The notes beneath the pieces are model-generated. The model made no database searches, was not told the DNA's origin, and saw nothing but the letters and a program-made list of their open reading frames with translations. Positions 1-19,645 of a stretch of 64,000 nucleotides of DNA are shown here, in pieces. A program made the position numbers and the translations under genes. Source of the stretch: Antechinus flavipes (taxonomy: Eukaryota). The stretch covers positions 636,430,001 to 636,494,000 of the forward strand of contig NC_067399.1 of the NCBI RefSeq assembly GCF_016432865.1. The letters run 5' to 3'. How positions within the stretch are numbered: the stretch's first letter is position 1; each line of letters opens with the position of its first letter.

Positions 1-29
1 GCCTGGAGGCAAAAAGCCTCATCTCCCCA

Positions 30-112
30 AGTTCAAATCCAGCTTCATAGCTATGTAACTCAGAGCAAATCATGGAACCCTGTTTGCCTCAGTTTCCCCA
101 TCTGTAAAATAA
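30..112 (+). mobile_element. MIR-family SINE fragment
   Basis: gttcaaatcc...tgtaactcagagcaaatca...gcctcagtttccccatctgtaaaat is the MIR core signature. Confidence 0.75.
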
Positions 113-671
113 CCCAGAGAAAGAAATGGTAAATCACTCTGGTATCTTTGCCAAGAAAACCCCAGAGGGTTTGTCTGACAAAGAGTCAGACGTGACTACA
201 GTGATTAAACAACAGCAACCTTCTGTACAGGCAAGGGGAAGGAGAAAGAGTATTTCTGGGTGATGGAGGCGAAACACAAGAGAAGATAAGCAAAAGAATG
301 AGAGCAAGAACAAAGATGGCTTGTGTGGGGACGGTAATGAGACAGCTAGTTTGAGTGGAGTCAAGAAATAGAGATATCGGGTTTGATCCAAGAGCCTCTG
401 GTGGCGAGAAGAGATTATCAGATGAGGCAGGGTCCTTAAGTACCAATTCCAGGGTCCCCAAGAGTCTCCTATAATCCGGGACATCTCCTGTTTCCCTTGT
501 AGTCAACAACCATTTATTACACAAGGCAATTTGTAGCTAAGAAAGAGGAAGCAGGGACAAAGCAGGAAATTGGAGAAGACAAGTAGGACCTTTCACCTGA
601 GGAGTTGTTAGTAAATGGCTAAAACACTGGAAAAGGAGATAAGAGTCTATACAAAAGCTTTCTGCAAGGGC

Positions 672-800
672 TCTTTTTTTCTTCTTTCTTTTTTTTTTTT
701 TTTTTTGATAGTATTTTGTTTTTCCAAATACATGCAAAGATAGTTTTCAAGATTCATTTTTGTAAAAGCTTGTGTTCTAAATTCTTCTCCCTCTCTCTCC
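672..800 (-). mobile_element. 3' end (poly-A tail) of a marsupial L1 or L1-dependent SINE
   Basis: Poly-T followed by atagtattttgtttttccaaatacatgcaaagatagttttcaa...ttgtgttctaaattcttctccct, a pattern I recall as abundant in Australian marsupial genomes; family not verified. Confidence 0.5.
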
Positions 801-2061
801 TTGCTGCTTCTCCAAGATATCTGGTAGAGGTTAACCATGTTTTGCAAGGATTCTTGATGTCAGACTAGCCTAATATATGTGGTTGAGCCACACGTATGCT
901 CCAGAAAGATTCTGTTTCTAAATTTTGTCCAGACGGGTCAGTTAGAAAATTATAGTCTGCTTTGGTCTGGAGAAAAACCTAGAGTTAGATTATGCAGAGA
1001 TTTAACTAGTGAGATATCTAATGTTAACGAGGTGTTCACATTTCTTTACATCTAGCTCTAAATAATAGATCGTTTTAAATCTAGTAATTATCAATAACTA
1101 TATTTGTATTAAAATACAAGAGTGGTTTTTTTAAGCATAAGACACTGAAAAAGTCTGCTCTGTTCCATATGACCAAATTAATACCTTTGAGAAACCCATT
1201 CGGCGTCACAAGGCTATAGCACAGACAAGCATAGTATCTAGGAAGAAGTAACCACGATATATATAAAGATCCTTTCCAAGGATCATCCTGGTCAAGTAAG
1301 AATTATGTCACCAGTAGACTGAGCCATTGGTGGCCATTCTTTGACCATGACAATCTGTGGAACAAAGAAGGATACAATATGACTCTCTGTGCTGTGAGAA
1401 TCCTCTTCCATTTTTGTAATGGTGGAAGAGTGGAAAGGGAGAGAATAGAAGAAACTTAAGTTTTTAGACAGCCTGCATATATTGCTCTTGGCATCCTAAA
1501 TGTGGGATCTTTGTCCTGTAGCCATGTCCAGTTGCCAGTGAGTAGACAAACAGCTGGAGGCATCAAATGTATTGATCTGGACATTCTTGTTCCAAATGAA
1601 ACTCGACAAGGAAGAAAGTTTCAGGTGAATGATTCTCCAGCTCACCTTGGGAGGCAAATAAAAGAGTTGACCGGGTTGGTTTTAATGTAGGATTATAGGG
1701 AACAGGAGCTATCACTTAAGGCTCATTTTTAGTACTCACTGCTAAGCATTTTCCAAAAGGCCACTGCAAAGACAATGGCAGCCTGTAAAGAATAAACAGG
1801 AAGAGAAATTTTATGATCTGACCCAAATAAAATCAGTGTAAACATTTTGTAACAATCAGTGTGATTTCATTGTCACTGATTTCAAGTCTATGTAACACTC
1901 TGTTTTCACATAAACACTTTGTAGCATTCTATGCTTTGTAACATTCTATTCAATATAATAGTTAACATAAAGGAAGACAGAAAAAAAAGATTCTGTAAAA
2001 TATGGTTCTGGAGTAAGAAAAGGAAAATGATGATCTGCCTTTGCATAAGGAAGCAGCATGT

Positions 2062-2240
2062 CCCTGTGGCCATGAACAAATTATTTAACATTTCCAAACC
2101 TCAGCTTCTTCATCTGCAAAATGTATACAAGAATTGTATTTAATAGGTAAATCTCAGGATTGTTGGGAAGCCCAAATGAAATGATGTTTATAAAGGGCTT
2201 TGCAAAGCTCAAAACACTTACATAAATGTCAGCTACTGTT
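2062..2240 (+). mobile_element. MIR SINE
   Basis: cctcagcttcttcatctgcaaaatg...aggattgttgggaag..aaatgaaatgatgtttataaagggctttgcaaagctcaaaacact. Confidence 0.75.
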
Positions 2241-2269
2241 ATGCGGAAGCATTGAGTTTATATATCAGG

Positions 2270-4030
2270 AATATTTTTCTTCAAGAAGAGAGCCAGGAGG
2301 TGCTAGAATATGGAGAGCACCAAGTTACATCTCAAAAAATGAAATTGATTTTCTTCTCATAGACACGAATCAACCGGTTACCAAAATGAGTCATTTCTGA
2401 ATAAACTATAGAGTTAAGTTGTTGGCTTGTTAGAACAAAGATAAAAATCAACACCAAATTAGAAGGAATGAAAAGATACAGCATGGGATTGTACACAGCT
2501 CCAACTGGACCTATTTCAATAAGCTGTTGATGCCAAAAAATGGGAAATGGATTTTAAAACACAGACATCAACACAAACTGTCACCGTCGTCTTAAGGAAG
2601 TTAAACCAATGTAAGTCATTTGCCACAGTAAGGAGACTTATAGAGCCTAGAAACCACTTCAGTAAGCAAACATTTGATCTTGCCTAGCACACACAGAGAT
2701 GATCCAAAGGCAACAGAAGTTGAGAATATAAACATTTATAAATTCTTAAGAGAAGGATGAAGATGGAAGATTTCAAGAAGTATCACTTCATTAGATACTT
2801 GAGAAGCAAAGGAGGGCAAAACAATAGCGAGGATCCCATTATGTGAGACTTTCCTCAATATACTAATGAGTGAAACTGGAAGGGGTACGATAAACAGATG
2901 ACAAAATGGAAAAATTCTGAAATCTAACGAGAAAAATCTGCACACATCTTAAGACATTGTTGATAAAGGTATAAAACTTTCACAAATGACATTTTGTAGC
3001 TGACTACATTTTTTCAAAGTGGTTCCCATTTATACTTTAAAATTATACAAAATTCTTGGAGAGAGATTAAAAGAGAATTTTGCAACTTTCTTGATTATTA
3101 GTTTCCTATGAAGCATAAAAACAGGGAGCCATTTACTCTTCAGTTTTCTGACCTTGTCCCAGTGGGCATCCTTCATAGAGTCTAAATTGGAGAGGGATTC
3201 CTTATAGTTAATGGGATCCTGCAGATGTATCTGTTGATAGGCAACATTGTGCTGATCATTTCAAATTCAAAAACATTTCAGAACCTCCTCTAGTCACTCA
3301 AAAGACTTCAACCAAACTATACACATAGCAAAAAATCCAAATGGCTGAAGGTTGTGTTTCATTTTGATTGTGCTCTGCAGGTATATAGACAGGTATTTTA
3401 GTATGTATCCATCAGTGTGTATATCTTAGATGACACTGCAGATGAGCATTGGAACTACGGCTCAATTGAATTGGGAGCCAAGCAAGACAGAGTGCCTTTG
3501 AGAAATTGTGCTGCTTTTGACAATCCCATCTTCTCTCTGAAACAAAGGCCCATCTTCTTAAAAACAACAGTCTTCCAAGGATGCTGTATAGGACACAAAT
3601 AATTAAAGAATTCCAAGTTGTGGCAGTGTGTGAGGGCAAAAGATTGTCCCATTTTTGTCTTTTTATGGCCATTGCTCAGTACATAGGGCCTCATAATACC
3701 TAGTGGGCCCTTGATAAATATCTGGTGGTTAATTGAAAAGGCTGTAATATGTTTTAGATGAGGAAATATGCAGAACACAGTATAAAAAGATACTATCGGA
3801 ACAGTGTGGTAACCAAAAAAAACAAAGTGGGATAGTCATATGGTATGAGAGCAATGATGCATGGAATGATAACCGTTAAAAAAAAATCAGATCTAGAAGA
3901 AGGCTTCTCTCACATTGTGCAGACTCTGTGGATGATTTATGGGAAGATACAGCTAGGAAAGCACATGAGTAGATGCAGAGAGGGTTGCATTGTGCACCAC
4001 TGGGGGACCACAGATCTGTTTAAAATATCC
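2270..4030 (+). mobile_element. Fragmented, degenerate RTE-like non-LTR retrotransposon (endonuclease remnant ~2270-3000, 3' end ~3780-4030)
   Basis: Remnant KNEIDFLL (APE-type endonuclease xEIDyil motif); ttgttagaacaaagataaaaatcaa; 3'-end-like gatttatgggaagata...gggttgcattgtgcaccactgg. Interrupted by other sequence. Confidence 0.5.
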
Positions 4031-4344
4031 AAGTATGTTTCCTGGTCTTATAAATCCAAACTTGTGAAATAGTGTCGATTGTCCCAACGTGTTAGATTTA
4101 TAGATGTCTCTTCTTGGGAGGTTTTCCCTTGGCAGGAGTCAGAAGCCTTGAATAGATATTCACGACTATGTCTCCCTGAAGGTTTTTGGAAAGAAGTCAC
4201 CAGGTAGGACTGGATCAGGAGAAGGGCTCTGAGTCTCTGTTATATGTGGTAATGACAGAGAGACAAAGAAGAGGCGGCCATCACCACAGGTCTGGGAGAA
4301 GAGGGGAGAATAATAATGGTAGCTGATGTAGTGCTTCTTGTTTT

Positions 4345-4560
4345 CAACAAGAATTTATGGAGCACATACTCTGTGCTTTATAAAGAACAAGGACCAAAAA
4401 AGAAAAAAAAAAAAAAAGAAAGGAAGAAAAAGTCCCTGATCTTAAAGAATTGGTGTTCATTTGGGGAAGGGACATTTAGAATGGACAGCTTAAACACAGA
4501 TAAATAGAAATAATTTCTGGAAAGATGTGCTAGCAAATAGCAGGAAGAGAAGGCAGGCTT
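4345..4560 (-). mobile_element. L2 LINE 3' fragment
   Basis: ttcaacaagaatttatggagcacatactctgtgc...agtccctgatcttaaagaattggtgttcatttggggaag is the typical antisense L2 3' end. Confidence 0.6.
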
Positions 4561-5044
4561 AAGTGGGAGAGAGCACTTGCTGAGCTTTGAAAGGAATCAT
4601 AAACTCGAGGAGCAGGAGGAAGGAGAGCGCTCCCGTCCATGAGAGAGAGACAGTGGGGCAAGGACAGAGATGAGAGACGGAGTCACAGAGGAACAGGGCA
4701 CGTTGGCCAGTCTGCTTGGAACATGGGCTTGACCAGGACAAGTAGAGGTAGAAAATATTTCTTGAAAGGTAAGCTGTGAAGTGCCTACAGTGCACAGTGT
4801 CACTCGGGATAGGCCTGGGTCTGGTCTGCATCCTGCTCCTGGCTGTTTCTCTACAGGGCATCTGTGTGGGTGTGTGCCTTTGTGGGCATCCCGGTGCTTT
4901 AATCCTTCTCCCAGCCCGTCCTTCCTTCCGTTCTCTGCCCCGGTACGGAGCCCCCACTCTAATGCACTAATCCGAGGCGTTTTTGTGCTTCTTCTCTCAT
5001 GTCCTCTCTCCCCTTCTCTTTCCCTTTTGCTGTGGTGTATCCAG

Positions 5045-15202
<10,158 letters not shown>

Positions 15203-17462
15203 GCTCCCAAGGTGAGCCGCGGGTGCCGGGGGCAGGGTGGGCCCTGGGAGTGGGAGCCAGGACACCCTGTCTCGGACCTGACTCTGGCCACAGACTGAGT
15301 CAATTCAACTAATGAAGGATTTAGTAAATGCCCCCAACGGGCGAGACACTCTGGCAGGCGCTTGCCCCCAAGAAGCTCACGTTGTCATAAGTGAACAGCG
15401 GGGGACAAGGTCTTGTGTTTCCTGCCCCAGCCCCTTTTCCTTGCCCTCCCTGGGATTGGTAGGGTTGTTTACAAGTACAAAGGGGTCAGAGGTTCCTCTC
15501 ATTTACCTTGTCCTTTACTCCCACGGCTGCAGCAGCGGTGTTAGGAGATTCCCAGCCAGAGGTCAAACCTTCGAAGCCAGCGGCTCTGGAGGGCCTGAGT
15601 GACAGCAGCAGTCATGTTCGTTTGAGGTTTAAAAACAATTAAAATTACAAAGCGGCAGCAACCAATGCACGCCCCTGCATGCAGCCCGCCCGCCCGTCGT
15701 GTCTGTCTCTGCTGTACCGAGGTGTTTTTTACATTTAAAAAAAAAAAAAAGAAAAAGAAAAAAAAGATTGTTTAAAAAAAAAAAAAAAGGAATCCATACC
15801 GCTGATCATGTTTTAAACCATCTGCAGCCCCGCCTGGGCTGGTGAGAGGATGGGAGTTTGAGCAGCAGGCTCGTCTACCTGGCAGTGAGTGCGCCCGGTT
15901 TTGCAGCCCTCATGGACTCTGGGGGGGCCAGGCAGGAACTCTTGACACTGACCCTGCTGGAGGCCACAAAAGCAACTGTGCGGGGTCCCCCGGATCTCTG
16001 CAGCCTCCGAGGTGGCTTGCCCAGCCTTGGGTCCTGGGAATGGACTTGTCCAGAGTCTGCAGGGGAGCCCGGAAGGAGGGCCAGAGCAGCAACAGGTCGT
16101 GAGAAGGCTGATGCTTGGAGCGCCTTTTCCCTTCCCTGCTGGGGGGGAGGATGGAGATGGCACGGTCCCAGGCAGCTACCGCGGCAAGGCAGCGCTGAGG
16201 CGTGGCTCCGAGACGGAGGAGGCTCGTGGCTGGGATTGTACTGTACTGTTCCACTTAGCGTAGATGGGAGACTTGGTGCTGCAGAAACTCGCCCACTAGG
16301 AAGCAGGCAGAAACCCGATGTTAGTCTGACACGTACTCCCCTCATCCATCCGTTTCTCCTGGATACACGACCGAGCGTGGGTCCGGGGAGCGAGGCCTGG
16401 GCCCCCGGGGAGGGGCAGGGGCTGCTGCTTTGCTTGTTTGTTCTCGTGTGACTCGGCCTGGACGGAGCCAGGCCCCGGGTGGCGGGGCCTGCCACTCCCG
16501 CTGTAGCCTGGGCACTTTGTTTCCGTGCTGATTTCAGTCGTCTTTGTCTTGCTCCCCCCCCACACCCCCCAGTTGATGGCCCCAATTCCAAATCTCACCT
16601 GGGCCTGGGGCCACTGTGGAGTGAGTGCCCTAGTAGGAATGGGAGAGGTGGGACCGTCCCTCTCATTTTCTCCCCGGCGTTGGCTTGTCTGAATCTTGGT
16701 AGGTGTCCCTATTTCAAGAGGCCTCTCTGCTGACCAACAGAGGCTCAGAATTGCTGCTGGAGAGTCTGCATGGGCCTTCACCTTCCTCTACCCTGCATGC
16801 ACCCCAAAAAAGGAGGTGCCCAGGGCCACGGCTCCCCTTCAATCAGTTTTCCTTCCTGTTCCCAGGGGGTTCTGTTGCCACAAGGGAGGGAGGCAGGAAG
16901 AAGGAAAGGTGCTTGAGGGCAGCTTGGCCATAGGCCAGGGTCCCCTGCACCTTTGCAGAGAGGGTGGGCAGGCCCCAGGTCCCCAGAGTGCCTTCAGAGC
17001 ATGAAGCTAGAGCGAGGAGGGGCCGGTGTGCGATCTTCGGTGGGTCGTCTCGGTGGAGCCCCGTGTGCATGCCCACCCCCTGGGCCCAGGCCCCTCTCCT
17101 GCCCCGTACTCTGCATCGCCAGCACGCAGACAACTTCACAACATGGTTTGGTTTTGCAGTCTTTTGAGACAAATGGTCTTTGAAACCCATAGCTTGATAT
17201 CGGCTGCTCGAGCCCCACCTCTCCTTAGCATTCTTACTCTCTCCCGGGGCTAACGTCAGCATCTATAGAATTTAGATTATTAAAAAAAATCACCTTTTAA
17301 ACAGGAAATGGAAGGCATTTGATGCAGAATTTTTGCATGATGACATAGAAATAATTTAAAAACTAGCTAGTGTTTGTTCTGAATGTTGGTAGACCCTTCA
17401 TAGCTTTGTTACAACGAAACCTTGAACTGAAGATATTTAATAAAATAACATTTAAACGGTCC
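15203..17462 (+). other. CAMK2G: CAMK2G 3'UTR, interrupted by an intron (15212-15532/15535)
   Basis: Donor AAG|GTGAGC 9 nt after the stop; tandem acceptor ctgCAG|CAG; terminal exon resembles the human CAMK2G 3'UTR as recalled; AATAAA at 17439. Confidence 0.8.
17439..17444 (+). terminator. Polyadenylation signal of CAMK2G
   Basis: AATAAA at the end of an AT-rich UTR tail, followed by a GT/T-rich downstream element (gctttgttgatgttgggg). Confidence 0.8.
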
Positions 17463-17549
17463 ACGGCTTTGTTGATGTTGGGGGCTCATAGCTAAGACCT
17501 AGAAACGGGGAGGGGTGCTGGATTCCACCCGCCGGGGAGGGGGGGTGTC

Positions 17550-18520
17550 AGCGCCCAAGCCCTTCTGCGCACGCGCGCACACACGTGTACCATCCTCTCT
17601 CCAGCCTTGCTCGGAGATGTCCGTGTCCGCGGAGGCACGTGGGGGAAGGCCTGGGTGAGAACTGGGTGGGGTGGGGACAAGCCCGTCGACGGAGCTCCCC
17701 GACCTCGAAGATGTGGGATTCTTGACTGCGAAAGCTCTAGGCCTTTACAAGCATCTTCTGGAGGGGCGGCGGCTGCTGGACGCCTGAACTTCCCCCTTCT
17801 CCCTCTCCCCACTCCCCTCTCAAGGTCCCGACTGTGCCAAATGTTCGGCTTTCCCTGCCTGGGCTGGACCGCTATTCAGCTTCCCGAGACATCCCCCCTC
17901 CCCGCCGGGCGCCATGGGATGGTCCGCCCCGCCCCAACTCCCGTTCCCCACCCCCGCACAGTGGACTGGTCCACCCCCTCCTCGCCGGGATTGGGCCCGC
18001 CGGCCTCCACTCCCCGCGCCGCTTCCCCTCCGCGGTCCTTGACGTCAAACGCGACGCCCGGACTGTTCCACTCTCCCAGAGGGTTGGGGGAGAGTAGCTC
18101 CTCAGGCTCAGGCGGGAGTCGCGCGTTCAAGTACTCGAGGCGGAGAGAGCGCACATCTGCCCCTCGGACACTTCCGAAGGGGCGGACGAGTCTGCGCGGA
18201 GCCCTCGGGTCCCGGCCCGGAGCCGCGCGCAACAAGGTTCGCCCCCTTTGCTCCCCTAGAGAGCCGTGGTTCGGCCCGCCTGCGGAGGAGCGATCTCGGG
18301 GAGATGGCGGAGCCGCCGCGGCGGGGCCCGGATCCGGGAGAGGTGGGCGCACGGCGGAGTCCGGCCACCGCGGAGACAGCGCCCCGGCCGCCGGGTGAGC
18401 AGCGCCCCAGCGGTGTGGCGTCCTTGGCCCGCCCTCCGCAGGATCGCGCCCCTCCGTGGGCTGCTTCCCGGGGTCCCCCCTCCCCACTAATAGTGTGTCC
18501 CCCCGTCCTGCGCTCCCCTC
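17550..18520 (+). promoter_or_regulatory. CpG-island promoter / first non-coding exon of NDST2
   Basis: Dense CpG, GC boxes, perfect CRE TGACGTCA 18040-18047, NRF1-like tgcgcacgcgc near 17566, donor CGG|GTGAGC at 18394/18395. Boundaries approximate. Confidence 0.75.
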
Positions 18521-19645
18521 ACCTTCTGTCCCCCGCACTGTGACCCCCACCTACTCCCCCTCATCGTAGTTTCCACAGTTCCCCATTCACTGACCCCAAA
18601 AGTTCCCGTTCTGCCCCCGTGTCCTCACCGCTGTTTCCCCCACCGTGTCCCACCCAGTGTCCTCCCCGTCGCCCCCCACTGGGCCCCCCCAACCTTCTCC
18701 TTAAGTCTTTCCTGGCCAGAGTCTGGCCGCTGACCCTCCCCCTATTGCCACCCGCGCTGCAGATGCCCTCCCCCCAGCAGGTCCCTTTCCTCCCCCTTTA
18801 CCCCTCTTATCCCTCCCCCCGCCCACTGGGCTCTTGGGGACACCCCGGGCCTGGGAGCCGGACTCTGGCCTTCCCCCTGCCCCGGTGCTCGGGGTGCCCG
18901 GACCTCGCACTCAGGCCTCTGGGTTCTCCTAGGTCCCTGTGGTGTGAAGCGTGCTGCTCTTCCCTGCAGACACTGAGAGGTGCAGGTGAGAGGGGACAGG
19001 GGGACATGGGAAGCCCTTCCCTTCCCCCCAACAGCCATGACCGCTGGGCTGTGGTCTGGCTCGGGGCCAGGGGCTGACCCGCCCCATTAGAGATAGCGTA
19101 AGGGGGGTAGCCGTTATCTGATGGGGGGGCACTTCCTGGGCACCCCCCAGTCCTGCTGACCAGCCACTCCCGGCCTGGCCCCGCTCAGTCCCACTCTGGG
19201 GCGCGCCAGGGAGCCCTTCCCTGCCCGAGGCTCAGAGCCAGTGGAGCTTAGGGACCTCCCCGTCCTCCCCGCTTCTGCCCTGCAGGCCCTGGGACGGGCC
19301 GATGCCCATGTGGGAAGCCCAGCCCGTGTTTGCAGGGAGCTGTGGGGGCCTTAGGGAGCCGGGGGCATCCTGCCCAGCCCTCCCCCCTCTGCCCTGCAGG
19401 CCCTAGGACGGAGCCACCCCCGATGCCCGTCTGAGAAGCCCGTGCCTGCAGGAAGCCGTGGCGAGCGCGCAGCCCAGAGCCATGGGCCAGGGGCCATGGT
19501 GACGTGAGGCCAATGGAGCGCGGCCGGCCCAGCCCACGGGAGCTCGTCTCTACCTCTGCCCTCCTGCGGGGAGCTTGCCTTGGCTCCCTCTTGCTCTCTC
19601 CCCCCGGGCCTCCTCCCCAGGAACCTTAGCGGCTCCCCCCGCGCC

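Noticed and set aside
15737-15790. Long A-rich tract as a possible retrocopy tail or poly(A) site
   Set aside because: It lies inside the CAMK2G 3'UTR with no target-site duplication or upstream PAS; it is mainly an internal-priming artefact risk.
16839-16845. Search for the miR-219 seed match (ACAATCA) reported for CaMKII gamma
   Set aside because: I found only TCAATCA by eye, which is not a seed match; I cannot claim site presence or loss without alignment.
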